A DNA stretch of 64,000 nt from an uncultured Thermoleophilia bacterium (GCA_963717955.1 CAVQXR010000002.1:371256-435255), one strand, 5' to 3'; counted from the stretch's first letter, positions 9,167 to 19,606 are shown. Made by a program: numbers and translations. Notes: generated from the sequence alone by a model not told the origin.

Positions 9167-10441
9167 TCAGCCGCGAGGCGCCAGCTCGACCCGGACGGGC
9201 AGCTTTCTCAGCCCGTTCGTGAAGTTCGAGCGCAGGCGGATCGGCGGCCCGGTCAGGTCGAGGCGCTCCACGCGGTCGAGAAGCTCCTCGAGAAGCACGG
9301 TGATCTCGAGACGGGCGAGGTGCGCCCCGAGGCAGAAGTGCGGGCCGACGCGCCCGAAAGTCGCATGCTCATTCGGTTCACGGGCAATGTCGAACCGGTG
9401 CGGATCCGGGAAGACGTCGGGATCGCGGTTCGCGGAGCCGAACCAGACCACCACGCGGTCGCCCTGCTCGATGCGCTGACCGCGCAGCTCCGTATCCCGG
9501 GTCGCGGTGCGCCGGAAGTGCCAGACGGGCCCCGCGATCCGGAGCATCTCCTCGACGGCGTCGGGAACGAGCGAGCGGTCGGCCCGCAGCCGTGCCCATG
9601 AGTCGGGATCGCGTGCCAGGGCGAGCATCCCGAGCGAGATCCCCTGCCGCGTCGTCTCGTTGCCGGCGACGACGAGGATCGCGAAGGTGTTGTCGAGATC
9701 GCGCTCCGAGAGCGGGCAGCCCTCGATCTCGGCGCCCGCGATCAGCGAGAGCACGTCGTCCTGTGGGCTCGCGCGACGGGACGCCCAGTACTGGCGGCCG
9801 AGCTCGCACAGCTCCCGGGCCCAGGGGCTGCCGAACGGCAAGTAGCGGTCCTCCTCACGCTCGCCGGTGAAGGCGAGCTCGCCGACGTACTCGGGCTCGG
9901 TGTCGACCAGCATCCGGTCGCCGAGCCAGATCAGGCGAGGGAGGTGCTCGTCGGAGAGCCCGAGGATCCTTCCCAGCACGCGGATCGGGATTGGTGCCGC
10001 GATCTCGTGGACGAGGTCGAACTCCCGCAACGGCAGCGCCTCGTCGAGCACCTCGGTCACGAGCTCCCGAAGCCACGGGTCGTACCGCTCGACGGCCCTC
10101 GGCGTGAAGTGTGCGGCGAAGATCCTTCGGAAGTGGGTGTGCCGTGGCGGGTCGGTCTCCATGAAGTTGCGCCGGGCCGCGAGCATGTCCTCGGGGAGGG
10201 GATCGATCGTCGCGGCACCGCCCAGCTCGGAGGAGAACGTCTCCCAGTCGCGCAGCACGGCGAGGACGTCGTCGTACCCGGTGATGACCCAGAAGCCCGG
10301 GCCGTCGGGCTCTCGGTGGCGGAAGACGGGCGCCTGGCTCCGGAGCAGCTCGAACACCTCCCACGGCTCGTGGTCGGCGAAGAGGTCGTGGTCGAGCAGG
10401 TCGACGTGGTCGAGCTTCGACGGCGGAGGCGTCGTGACCAT
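9167..10441 (-). CDS. cytochrome P450
   Basis: Heme-binding loop FGRVGPHFCLGAHLAR and AGNETT I-helix motif. Start moved to ATG 10441 (MVTTPPPSKLDHVDLLD), so the start is approximate. Confidence 0.9.
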   Translation of the reverse strand: MVTTPPPSKLDHVDLLDHDLFADHEPWEVFELLRSQAPVFRHREPDGPGFWVITGYDDVLAVLRDWETFSSELGGAATIDPLPEDMLAARRNFMETDPPRHTHFRRIFAAHFTPRAVERYDPWLRELVTEVLDEALPLREFDLVHEIAAPIPIRVLGRILGLSDEHLPRLIWLGDRMLVDTEPEYVGELAFTGEREEDRYLPFGSPWARELCELGRQYWASRRASPQDDVLSLIAGAEIEGCPLSERDLDNTFAILVVAGNETTRQGISLGMLALARDPDSWARLRADRSLVPDAVEEMLRIAGPVWHFRRTATRDTELRGQRIEQGDRVVVWFGSANRDPDVFPDPHRFDIAREPNEHATFGRVGPHFCLGAHLARLEITVLLEELLDRVERLDLTGPPIRLRSNFTNGLRKLPVRVELAPRG

Positions 10442-10496
10442 GACGCCATCGTATGAAGCTCGAGTCTCCCGCGCCACGGACGCGGCGCCCGCTGCT

Positions 10497-11744
10497 TCAG
10501 TCCTCGACGACTTCCTCGTCGAGCGCCTCGGCGATCACCTCGCCCAGCATCCGGATCTCGTCTTCGGTGATCACGAACGGCGGCGAGACGTGGAGCACCC
10601 CGTCCGGAAGCGCGCGCATCAGGACGCCCCTGGCGAGACAGCGGTCGGAGACGCGCAGCGCCGTGAGGTGGTCGACGAGAACGATGCCCGTCAGCAGGCC
10701 GATCCCGGTTCGAACCTCACGCACGAGCGTGTGCCCCTCGAGCGGCCGGAGGCTCGCGGCAAGCGCGGATTCGAGCTCACGAACCCGGGCAACGAGGTCC
10801 TCGCGCTCGATGATGTCGAGATTGGCCATCGCCGCGGCGCAGACGCTCGCGTGGCCGGCATACGTCAACCCGTGGCGGAAGACGAGGCTCGAACCGTCCT
10901 CCCAGAACGGCGACCACACGCGCTCGCCGACGATGACGCCGCCGAGCGGCAGGTAGCCGGACGTCACGCCCTTCGCGAACACGATCAGGTCGGGGGAGAG
11001 GCCGAAGCGCTGCGTTCCGAACCATTGGCCCGTCCGGCCGAAGCCGCAGATCACCTCGTCCGCGACGAAGAGGATCTCGTTGTCGACGCAGATCCGCTGG
11101 ATCTCGTCGAAGTAGCCGGGCAGTGGGTGGATGACGCCCCCGGTGCCGACGATCGGCTCCGCGAAGAACGCGGCGATCCGGTCGGCGCCCAGATCGTCTA
11201 CGACCGTCTGAAGCTCCGAGGCGTCGTTCGTGCCGACCCGCACGGCCTCAGCAACCATCTGTCCCACGCCTTCGCGGTTGATGTCGAGACCGACGATGCT
11301 CGTGCCCAGCGTGTGGAGCCCGTGGTAGCCGCGCTCGCGCGTGACGATCGTCTTCTTGTCCGGCCTGTCCATGGCCGACCAGTACCGGCGGATCAGCTTG
11401 CCCGCGGTGTCGATCGCGTCGGAGCCGCCGCTCGTGAGGAAGACCTTTGCGTTCTCGATCGGCACGAGCTCGGCGAGGCGGGCAGCGAGATCGACGGCAG
11501 GACGGTTCGCGTAGTTCCCGAACGTGTGGTAGGTCTCGATCGCGCCCATCTGGCGGTAGACGGCGTCGGCGATCTCCTTGCGCCCGTGCCCGACGTTGCA
11601 GTACCAGAGCCCCGCCGGTGCGTCGAGCAGCCGTCGCCCGCGCTCGTCCCACAGCCAGACCCCTTCCCCCCGCTCGACGACGGTCTCCGTGCGCTTGACG
11701 ACGGACATCTGGGCCTGCGAGTGCCAGAGCGCAGTCTCGGTCAC
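10497..11744 (-). CDS. class-III (omega) aminotransferase, PLP-dependent
   Basis: AEPIVGTGGVIHPLPGYF...LFVADEVICGFGRTGQWFG...IVFAKGVTSGYLPLGG. The N-terminal 42 codons of the track ORF look out of composition, so GTG 11744 (VTETALWHSQAQM) was chosen. Confidence 0.88.
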   Translation of the reverse strand: MTETALWHSQAQMSVVKRTETVVERGEGVWLWDERGRRLLDAPAGLWYCNVGHGRKEIADAVYRQMGAIETYHTFGNYANRPAVDLAARLAELVPIENAKVFLTSGGSDAIDTAGKLIRRYWSAMDRPDKKTIVTRERGYHGLHTLGTSIVGLDINREGVGQMVAEAVRVGTNDASELQTVVDDLGADRIAAFFAEPIVGTGGVIHPLPGYFDEIQRICVDNEILFVADEVICGFGRTGQWFGTQRFGLSPDLIVFAKGVTSGYLPLGGVIVGERVWSPFWEDGSSLVFRHGLTYAGHASVCAAAMANLDIIEREDLVARVRELESALAASLRPLEGHTLVREVRTGIGLLTGIVLVDHLTALRVSDRCLARGVLMRALPDGVLHVSPPFVITEDEIRMLGEVIAEALDEEVVED

Positions 11745-11760
11745 CGGCGAATCGTATCTC

Positions 11761-12180
11761 TCAGCTCGGCGGATCCGTCCAGCTCGTGACCGAGACGGGC
11801 TCGATCCGCACGATCGTCTGAGGGCCCTGTACCCAGCGGTCGAGCACCGCGTCGACGTCGCCCGTCGCAACGTAGCGCTGCGCGATCCGGCGGCACTCCG
11901 CGAGTAGGTCCGGATCCTCCCCGGTGCGGTAGACGGCCCGCCCGTGGACGAGCGCCGCTCCCCACGGGGGCTTGCTCTCGTAGACGGCGATGCTCACACG
12001 GTCGTCCCGGAGCAGGTTCCGGAACCAGGCGCGGCTCTCGTCCGTCCAGATCAGCATGGCGTCGCCGTCCCACCGATACCAGACGGGAACCTGGTGGGGC
12101 GAGCCGTCCTCCCGGACGGTGGCGATCGCCGCGGTGAACGGGCGCCCGAGGAAGGCGTCGAGGTCGGGGATCGGCGTCAT
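11761..12180 (-). CDS. pyridoxamine 5'-phosphate oxidase family / PPOX-class F420-dependent protein
   Basis: 139-aa ORF. FTAAIATVREDGSPHQVPVWYRWDGDAMLIWTDESRAWFRNLLRDDRVSIAV is typical of the split-barrel PPOX fold. Confidence 0.7.
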   Translation of the reverse strand: MTPIPDLDAFLGRPFTAAIATVREDGSPHQVPVWYRWDGDAMLIWTDESRAWFRNLLRDDRVSIAVYESKPPWGAALVHGRAVYRTGEDPDLLAECRRIAQRYVATGDVDAVLDRWVQGPQTIVRIEPVSVTSWTDPPS

Positions 12181-12252
12181 CCGCTCAGGTCGTCCCGCAG
12201 CGCAAGGGGGCGGCGAGCACGACGTCGTCGACTCCGCGGCCGTCGGCCGGCA

Positions 12253-13650
12253 TCATCTGACCTGCGCGACCGCCCCGCTCTCGAAGCGATGCTTCGCGAG
12301 GGAGCGATCGTCGGGGAGCGCCGTCGGATACCGTCCGGTCAGGCAGGCGCGACAGAACTCGGCCTCCTGCCGGGCGGTCGCCCGCTGCAGGCCATCGAGC
12401 GAGAGGTACGCGAGCGACGTCGCACCGAGGAGCTCCCGGATCTCCTCGATCGAACGGCCGGCCGCGACCAGCTCGCCCTCCGTCGCCATGTCGATGCCGT
12501 AGTAGCACGGCGAGACGATCGGGGGCGACGAGATCCTGACGTGCACCTCCTTCGCGCCGGTCTCGAACAGCATCCGGACGAGCTTGCGGGTGGTCGTCCC
12601 CCGGACGATCGAGTCGTCGACGATCACCACCCGCTGCCCGGCCACTTCGTCGAGCGGGTTGAACTTGGTGCGGATCCCGTGCTCGCGGAGCATCTGGTCG
12701 GGCTGGATGAACGTGCGGCCGACGTAGCGGTTCTTGATCAGGCCCTCGTTGTAGGGGATCCCGCTGCGGCGGGCGAACCCGATCGCGGCCGGTGTCCCCG
12801 AGTCGGGGATCGGCATGACCACGTCGGCGTCGACCGGCGCCTCGCCGGCGAGCTCCTCGCCCATCCGCACCCGGGAGCGGTGCAGCTCGATGTCCTTCAT
12901 GTGGGAGTCGGGGCGGGCGAAGTAGATGAACTCGAAGATGCAGAGCGCCCCGTCGCCCCGGGGCTCGAGCGCCTGGCGGGAACGCAGCCCGTCGGCGTCG
13001 ATCACGATCAGCTCGCCGGGTCCCACGTCCCGCACCGGCTCGGCGCCGAGCAGGTCGAAGGCACACGACTCCGACGCGAGCACCCAGTCGTCATCGAGCC
13101 GGCCGAGCACGAGCGGGCGGATGCCGTCGGCGTCTCGAAACGCGACGAGCTTGCCCTCGGAGAGGAGGACGATCGAGAACGCGCCCTCGAGGCGCTCCAT
13201 CGCCCGCGCTACTGCCTCCTCGAGGGGGCCCTCGTCCCGCGCGATCATTGCCGCGATCGCCTCGGTGTCCGACGTCGAGCTGAGCCGCGCTCCCGCGGCG
13301 CGAAGCTCCTCACGGAGCACCGAGGTGTTCGTGAGGTTGCCGTTGTGGGCGATCGCCACGGTGCGGTGACTCGCGTGCTGGACCGTCGGCTGGGCATTCG
13401 TCCACAACGTCGCGCCGGTCGTCGAGTACCGCGTGTGGCCGATCGCGGCCTGACCGCTCAGCCCTCGCAGCGTCTCCTCGGTGAAGACCTGGGCCACGAG
13501 CCCCATGTCGCGCACCACCGTCAGGTGGCCGTCGTCGATGACCGCGATCCCTGCCGACTCCTGGCCACGGTGCTGCAGCGCGAGCATGCCGAAGTGCGTG
13601 AGCCGCGCGACCTCACGGTCAGGGGCGTAGATGCCGAGGATCCCGCACAT
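12253..13650 (-). CDS. purF: amidophosphoribosyltransferase
   Basis: MCGILGIYAP... N-terminal Cys nucleophile, then RGQESAGIAV and VVIVDDSIVRGTT PRPP-binding motif. 465 aa. Confidence 0.95.
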   Translation of the reverse strand: MCGILGIYAPDREVARLTHFGMLALQHRGQESAGIAVIDDGHLTVVRDMGLVAQVFTEETLRGLSGQAAIGHTRYSTTGATLWTNAQPTVQHASHRTVAIAHNGNLTNTSVLREELRAAGARLSSTSDTEAIAAMIARDEGPLEEAVARAMERLEGAFSIVLLSEGKLVAFRDADGIRPLVLGRLDDDWVLASESCAFDLLGAEPVRDVGPGELIVIDADGLRSRQALEPRGDGALCIFEFIYFARPDSHMKDIELHRSRVRMGEELAGEAPVDADVVMPIPDSGTPAAIGFARRSGIPYNEGLIKNRYVGRTFIQPDQMLREHGIRTKFNPLDEVAGQRVVIVDDSIVRGTTTRKLVRMLFETGAKEVHVRISSPPIVSPCYYGIDMATEGELVAAGRSIEEIRELLGATSLAYLSLDGLQRATARQEAEFCRACLTGRYPTALPDDRSLAKHRFESGAVAQVR

Positions 13651-15798
13651 CAGCCGAGCGCCTCCGGGAGGGCGCCCTCATAGGCTCCGCGGAGGTCGCC
13701 GAGTGGCACGTCGAGCAGGGCGTCCCCGCCGACCCGGCCCACCTCGCGGACGGGCACCGGGCCGCACATGAGCTCCGCGACGAGCCCGGGAGACACGGCG
13801 ACGACCGCCTGCCCGCCGCCCTCGCCGAACAGCGTCAGGGCGTCCTGCTCGAGCTCGAGCTCTGCGCCGAGGCCCGATGCGATCGCAGCCTCGGCGAGGG
13901 CGACCGCCAGGCCTCCCTCGGCGGCATCGTGGACGAGGGTCGCGCGGGGCGCGGTGCTGACGAGGAACGCGATCAGTGCGACCTCGGCCGCGAGCGCAGG
14001 CATCGCCACCCGGCCGACGGGTCCGCCCAGGAAGCGTGCCTGGTACTCGGAGCCGTCGAGCCGGAGCTCGGGTCGCCCGGCGACCAGGACGGCATCGCCC
14101 TCGCGCCAGATGCCGGGAACCCGGCGCACGTCCTCCACCACGCCGACACAGCCGATCGCCGGTGTCGGGTGGATCGCCCGGCCGTCGGTCTCGTTGTACA
14201 GCGAGACGTTTCCCGAGACGACCGGTACGCCCAGCGCCTCGCAGGCGAGCGACATCCCTTCGATCGCCTCGGCGAGCTCCCACGCGATCTCGGGCTTCTC
14301 CGGGTTTCCGAAGTTGAGGCAGTTCGTGAACGCGAGCGGGCGGCCGCCGACACAGGCGACGTTGCGGGCGGCCTCGAGCACTGCGAGCGCGCCCCCGGCC
14401 AGCGGATCGAGCGAGGCGAGCCGGCCCGAGCCGTCGAGCGAGACCGCGAGGCCCCGGTACGACGGCCGGAGCCGCAGGACGGCCGCGTCGAGGCCCGGCC
14501 GGCGCACGGTGCGCGACTGGACGAGCTGGTCGTACTGCCCGTAGACCCATGCCCGGCTCGCGACGTTCTCGCTCGCGAGCAGCCCGAGCAGCTCCTCGGG
14601 AGTCGCCCGTCGCGCAGGCAGCTCCACCGGCCGGTCGAGCTCCCGGGCCCTCACCTCGATCGGATAGCGCGGGCACTCGTCGGTGAGAAGCCGCGCCGGG
14701 ATGTCACCGACGACCTTCCCGTCGAAGAAGACGCGGAGCCGGGCGTTCCCGCTCACCTCGCCGACGACGGTGCACGGCAGCTCCCAGGTCGCGCAGACCG
14801 CCTCGACCTCGGGCAGGCGATCCGGGGCGACGACGCAGATCATCCGCTCCTGGCTCTCGGAGATCATGATCTCCCACGGCTTCATGCCCGCCTCGCGCAG
14901 CGGCACGCGGTCGAGGTGGACGTCGACGCCCGCGCCACCCTTCGCCGCCATCTCGGCGAGGGACGAGGCGAGGCCCGCGGCGCCGCAGTCCTGGAGCGAG
15001 AGCACGAGCCCGCCCTCGACGAGCGCGAGGCTCGTCTCGATCAGCTTCTTCCCGGTGAACGGGTCGCCGACCTGCACGGTCGGGCGCTTGTCCTCGTCCT
15101 CCCCGGACAGCTCCTGGCTCGCGAGCACGCTCGCCCCGCCGATCCCGTCCCGACCGGTGGTGGCGCCGTACAGGACGACGAGGTTTCCGGTCCCGGTCAT
15201 CGTCGAGCGGGTGAGCCGCTCGGCCGGGAGCAGGCCGACGCACATCGCGTTGACGAGGCAGTTCGACGCGTAGCGTTCGTCGAACACGCATTCGCCGCCG
15301 ACGGTCGGGACGCCGACGCAGTTTCCGTAATGGCCGATCCCGGCGACCGCACGGCCGAACATCCAGGCGTTGCGCTCGTCTCCGAGCGGGCCGAACCGAA
15401 GCGAGTCGAGCAGCGCGATCGGGCGGGCGCCCATCGCCGACGACGTCGCGCAGGATCCCGCCGACACCGGTGGCGGCGCCCTGGAACGGCTCGACGGCGG
15501 ACGGGTGGTTGTGGCTCTCGACCTTGAAGGCGACCGCGAGCCCGTCGCCGACGTCGACGACGCCGGCGTTCTCGCCCGGCCCCTGCAGCACGGCCGGGCC
15601 GTCGGTCGGGAAGCGCTTCAGGAGGAGGGCGGAGTGCTTGTAGCCGCAATGCTCCGACCACAGGAGGCTGAAGACGGCGAGCTCGAAGTGGTTCGGCGTC
15701 CGGTCGAGCAATCCTTGGATACGGTCGTACTCCCAGTCCGTCAGGCCGAGCGCGCGATGAAGCGGCTGTTCAGTGACCGGGTCAACGAGAGGGCGCAA
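13650..15798 (-). pseudogene. purL: phosphoribosylformylglycinamidine synthase subunit PurL, interrupted by one apparent +1 frameshift near 15435-15441
   Basis: The N-terminal part ([11 protein letters not shown]...[27 protein letters not shown]) is in the frame of ORF 14704-15933. The remainder ([17 protein letters not shown]...) is in the frame of ORF 13650-15467. The junction reads gtc gtc ggc g atg ggc. Proposed TTG start at 15798. Confidence 0.9.
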
Positions 15799-16210
15799 GT
15801 CTAGATGGTCGATCGGAAATTGTGGTGCTGGCGGGGGTGGGCGAGACCAAGCCTGGCCGCGGTACTCCGTTGCTCGTACCAGAGGTACGGGCAACGAGCG
15901 AGCGTGGTTCCGGGCGCCGGTATCGGCCGCCATCCGGCGGTGTCACGGGTTCCGGTCAATCGCCGATCAATCATCGAGCTTTCGAGGAGGATCGCGGCCG
16001 ACGGCCGCAGCGCGCAGGAGCGCAGAACCTCAGGATAGCCGGAGCAGCGTCGTGCTCCGTCCCGGATCGTCCCGGTGATGCTCCGGCGCGTGAAACGCCC
16101 GACCGTTGGGCGTCTGGTAGCCTTCGCGGCCTGATGCGCTGACCCGCCCCGTTTCACGTTGAGCTTCCGCGACGTCCCGGTTGGGGTGCCGCGGTGACCG
16201 AGGGCGAGAG

Positions 16211-17503
16211 ATGAGCGAGCGCATGCGGACAACCGAGGAGACCGGGCCGGGCGGCTGGCGCCGCGTCGGCGTGCTGCGCCCGTTCGCGATGCGGGACTTC
16301 CGCCTCCTGTGGACGGGCCTCAGCGTCTCGCTGTTCGGCGACGGGCTGTTCCTCGTCGCGCTGGCATGGCAGACCTACGAGCTCTCGAACTCGCCGAGCG
16401 CGCTCGCGACGGTGGGCCTGGCCTGGACGATCCCGATGGTGTCGCTGCTCGTCTTCGGCGGCGTCATCAGCGACCGGTTCGACCGGCGTCGCGTGATGAT
16501 CGCGTCGGACCTGCTGCGGGGGAGCGCCGTCACGGCGATGGGCGTCCTCGCAATCACCGGCCACCTCGAGCTGTGGCACCTGTACCTGCTCTCGGCCGTG
16601 TTCGGAGCGGGCGACGCGCTGTTCCCGCCGGCCTTCGGCGCGTTCGTGCCGCAGATCGTTCCCGCCGGCCTGCTCGTACAGGCGAATTCGGTCGACGCGT
16701 TCATGCGGCCGCTGATGATGCAGCTGATGGGGCCCGCCGCCGGCGGCCTGATCGTCGCGGCGATCGGAGCCGGCGGGGCCTTCCTCGTCGATGCGGCGAC
16801 GTACGCCGTGTCGGTGACGGCCCTCTACTTCGTGCGCGCCCGCCCGGGGCTCAGGGCGGAGGCGGCCGGGGCGAGCGTCCTCGCAGACATCCGCCAGGGC
16901 ATGCGCTTCGTGCGCTCGCAGACCTGGCTCTGGGGGACATTGCTGATGGCGGCGATCTCCCTGCTCTTCTTCCTCGGCCCGTTCGAGGTCCTCATGCCGT
17001 TCGTGATTCGGAACGAGGTCGGCGGCAGCGCGCGTGACCTCGGGTTCGTCTTTGCCGCCGCAGGGGTCGGGGGGATCGCGGCCTCCCTGCTGACGGCGCA
17101 GCGTCGTCTCCCCCGCCGGGTCGTGACGGTGATGTACGTCTGCTTCGCCTTCGCCGTGTCCGGCCCCATCGTCTACGGCATCGCGAACGAGATCTGGCAG
17201 ATGATGCTGGCCGCGTTCATCGCCGGTGCCGGGGCCGCAGCGGGTGGGATCATGTGGGTGACGCTGATGCAGCGGCACGTGCCCGGCGACCTGCTCGGAC
17301 GGGTGACGAGCCTCGACTGGCTCGTCTCGACGTGCCTGCTCCCCGTCTCCTTCGCGCTGACGGCACCGGTCGCGGCAGTGCTCGGCGTGCGCGAGACGTT
17401 GCTCGCCGCCGGGATCCTCGGGGTCTCGACCACCCTCGCCTTCCTCTTCCTGCCCGGAGTCCGCGACCTCGAGCGGGGTCGGGCCGCCGAGGTCACGCCG
17501 TGA
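16211..17503 (+). CDS. MFS transporter
   Basis: About 430 aa with multiple hydrophobic spans. FRLLWTGLSVSLFGDGLFLVALAWQ and GGVISDRFDRRRVM are typical MFS features. ATG 16211 chosen inside the track ORF. Confidence 0.85.
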   Translation: MSERMRTTEETGPGGWRRVGVLRPFAMRDFRLLWTGLSVSLFGDGLFLVALAWQTYELSNSPSALATVGLAWTIPMVSLLVFGGVISDRFDRRRVMIASDLLRGSAVTAMGVLAITGHLELWHLYLLSAVFGAGDALFPPAFGAFVPQIVPAGLLVQANSVDAFMRPLMMQLMGPAAGGLIVAAIGAGGAFLVDAATYAVSVTALYFVRARPGLRAEAAGASVLADIRQGMRFVRSQTWLWGTLLMAAISLLFFLGPFEVLMPFVIRNEVGGSARDLGFVFAAAGVGGIAASLLTAQRRLPRRVVTVMYVCFAFAVSGPIVYGIANEIWQMMLAAFIAGAGAAAGGIMWVTLMQRHVPGDLLGRVTSLDWLVSTCLLPVSFALTAPVAAVLGVRETLLAAGILGVSTTLAFLFLPGVRDLERGRAAEVTP

Positions 17504-18215
17504 TCGCAGCGACCAGACCGCAGACGACGAGCAGCGCGAGCACGGCCCGCCGGAAGAGCCGCGGCGGGAGCCTCGTGCCGGCGACCGTGCCGAGCAGGTT
17601 TCCGAGCAGCGAGACCGGCAGCCAGACGAGGAACGCGGGGTAGAGCGCCTCGCCGGAGATCCTGTCGCCGATCGCCAGCCCGGCGAGCAGAATGGCGCAC
17701 GAGGCGACGAAGTAGGCGGCCATGTCGCCGATGAAGCTCGCCGGGCTCGGTTCCTCCCGCGCCAGGAGGAGCGCCGGTGCGACACCGGACAGCGACGTCG
17801 TCGCGCCCATCAAGCCGCCGACGAGCCCCGCAGCCCCCGCCCCGCCCGGCAGGGGCGGAGGGGCCGGCGCGTCCACCGAGCGCGCGAGCAGGAGCGCGAC
17901 GGCGACCACGATCAGGCCTGCGCCGATCTCGAGCGCCCGCGTGCTCACCGAGTCGAGCACCCAGAGCCCGAGGACAAGGCCGGGAACGACCCCCGCGATC
18001 AGCATCGCCACCCGGCGCGCGCGGACGTGTGAGCGGAACCGGTAGACGACCGAGATCCGCGTGACGAGGCTGAGCGCGAGGTTGCTCGTGACGACGAATT
18101 CGAGCGGATACCCGACGAGCAGGAGCAGCGGCGTGCAGATGAGCGCGTAGCCGAAGCCCGTCGCGCCGCCCACGAAGGACGCGACCGCCACCGCAAGCGC
18201 GCCGAGGAGGAGCAC
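17493..18215 (-). CDS. TauE/SafE family sulfite/anion exporter
   Basis: Hydrophobic, Gly-rich, with a repeated two-half architecture. GTG 18215 (VLLLGALAVAV...) is preferred over 18254, because the latter start sits inside the palindromic repeat at 18229-18257. Confidence 0.75.
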   Translation of the reverse strand: MLLLGALAVAVASFVGGATGFGYALICTPLLLLVGYPLEFVVTSNLALSLVTRISVVYRFRSHVRARRVAMLIAGVVPGLVLGLWVLDSVSTRALEIGAGLIVVAVALLLARSVDAPAPPPLPGGAGAAGLVGGLMGATTSLSGVAPALLLAREEPSPASFIGDMAAYFVASCAILLAGLAIGDRISGEALYPAFLVWLPVSLLGNLLGTVAGTRLPPRLFRRAVLALLVVCGLVAAITA

Positions 18216-18228
18216 GGGTGGGCGAAGC

Positions 18229-18257
18229 CTAGTGGTGTCTCCCGGAGAGACCACTAG
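18229..18257. repeat. minimal member of the CTAG-bounded repeat family: two terminal-repeat-like arms fused into a 29-bp palindrome
   Basis: ctagtggtgtctcccggagagaccactag. Both ends sit on CTAG, and the arms resemble the ends of copy B (ctagtggtcactccggg). A further TIR-like ctagtgctccggg starts at 18254. Confidence 0.5.
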
Positions 18258-18376
18258 TGCTCCGGGTCGTTGCTCCCGGCCAGGGCGCCCTGGAGTATCT
18301 TCTCGGGGGAGCTCGGATCGATCTTCGTGAGGAAGCAGCCCGGGTTTCGACGACCGCGACTTCGGAGGCAGGCGCC

Positions 18377-19564
18377 GTGACGACCTCGACCAGAGTCCCC
18401 GCCCTCGACCCTCTCGACCTCCTTGCGATCGATTCGCTCCTCGACGAGGAGGAGCGCGCGGTTCGCGACACGGTGCGCCGGTTCGTGCGTGAGCAGATCG
18501 TTCCCGAGGTGGGGGACTGGTTCGAGCGGGGCATCCTGCCTCGCGAGGTGCTCGGCGAGCTGGCGAAGCTCGGCCTGTTCGGGATGCATCTCGACGGCTA
18601 CGGGCTGCCGGGGGCGAGCGCGGTCGTCTACGGCCTGACGTGCCTGGAGCTCGAGGCCGGCGACACCGGGATCCGCAGCGCCGTCTCGGTGCAGGGCTCG
18701 CTCGCGATGTTCGCCATCTGGAAGTGGGGCTCCGATGAGCAGAAGGAGCGCTGGCTGCCCGCGATGCACCGGGGCGAGGTGATCGGGTGCTTCGGGCTGA
18801 CGGAGCCCGATGCCGGCTCCGACCCGGGCGCGATGAACACCCATGCCCGCCGCGACGGCTCCGACTGGGTCATCAACGGGACGAAGATGTGGATCACGAA
18901 CGGCACGATCGCGGACATCGCGATCGTATGGGCGCGCACCGGCGACGGTGAGATCCGGGGCTTCGTCGTCGAGCGCGGGTTGCCGGGTTTCACCGCCCCG
19001 GAGATCCACCGCAAGCTGTCCCTGCGAGCGTCCGTGACTTCCGAGCTCGTGCTCCAGGACGTCCGCGTCCCGGGCGACAGCATGCTCCCGGGCGCCTCGA
19101 CGCTCCGCGGCCCGCTCTCGTGCCTCAACGAGGCGCGCTACGGGATCGTGTGGGGCGCCGTCGGCGCCGGACGCGCCTGCTTCGAGGCCGCGCTCGAGTA
19201 CGCGAAGGAGCGGATCGTCTTCGGGAAGCCGATCTCCTCGTACCAGCTCACCCAGCAGAAGCTGGCCGAGATGGCGCTCGAGCTGAACCGCGCGACGCTC
19301 GTCTCGCTCCACATCGGGCGGATGAAGGACGCGGGGACGCTGCGGCCCGAGCACGTCAGCCTCGGCAAGATGGGCAACGTCCGCGGTGCGCTCGAGGTCG
19401 CGCGCTCGGCACGCACGATCCTCGGCGGCAACGGGATCACGCTCGAGTACCCGGTGATCCGGCACATGAACAACCTCGAGTCCGTGCTCACGTACGAGGG
19501 GACGCACGAGGTGCACACCCTCGTCGTCGGGAACGCGCTCACGGGCGTTCAGGCGTTCCGCTAA
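18377..19564 (+). CDS. gcdH: glutaryl-CoA dehydrogenase-type acyl-CoA dehydrogenase
   Basis: GCFGLTEPDAGSDPGAM...WITNG and C-terminal YEGTHEVHTLVVGNALTGVQAF match the GCDH pattern. GTG 18377 is preceded by GGAGGCAGG. The upstream part of the track ORF overlaps the repeat. Confidence 0.8.
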   Translation: MTTSTRVPALDPLDLLAIDSLLDEEERAVRDTVRRFVREQIVPEVGDWFERGILPREVLGELAKLGLFGMHLDGYGLPGASAVVYGLTCLELEAGDTGIRSAVSVQGSLAMFAIWKWGSDEQKERWLPAMHRGEVIGCFGLTEPDAGSDPGAMNTHARRDGSDWVINGTKMWITNGTIADIAIVWARTGDGEIRGFVVERGLPGFTAPEIHRKLSLRASVTSELVLQDVRVPGDSMLPGASTLRGPLSCLNEARYGIVWGAVGAGRACFEAALEYAKERIVFGKPISSYQLTQQKLAEMALELNRATLVSLHIGRMKDAGTLRPEHVSLGKMGNVRGALEVARSARTILGGNGITLEYPVIRHMNNLESVLTYEGTHEVHTLVVGNALTGVQAFR

Positions 19565-19568
19565 GGAT

Positions 19569-19602
19569 GCGTCCCGCAGCGCACGGGCGCTCTGCGGGAC
19601 GC
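19569..19602 (+). terminator. GC-rich hairpin immediately after the gcdH stop
   Basis: gcgtcccgcag-cgcacgggcgct-ctgcgggacgc, an 11-bp perfect stem. No U-tract. Confidence 0.45.
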
Positions 19603-19606
19603 AGGA

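Noticed and set aside
15799-16210. Possible purine or ZTP-type riboswitch in the 410-bp divergent region upstream of purL
   Set aside because: I compared the minus-strand leader with the ZTP (pfl) consensus as I remember it (GGGUCGUGAC..GGCG ... CCGCCUGGGC). I also looked for a purine-riboswitch three-way junction. No convincing match turned up, only an 11-bp imperfect hairpin at about 15870-15895. A covariance-model scan is needed to be sure.
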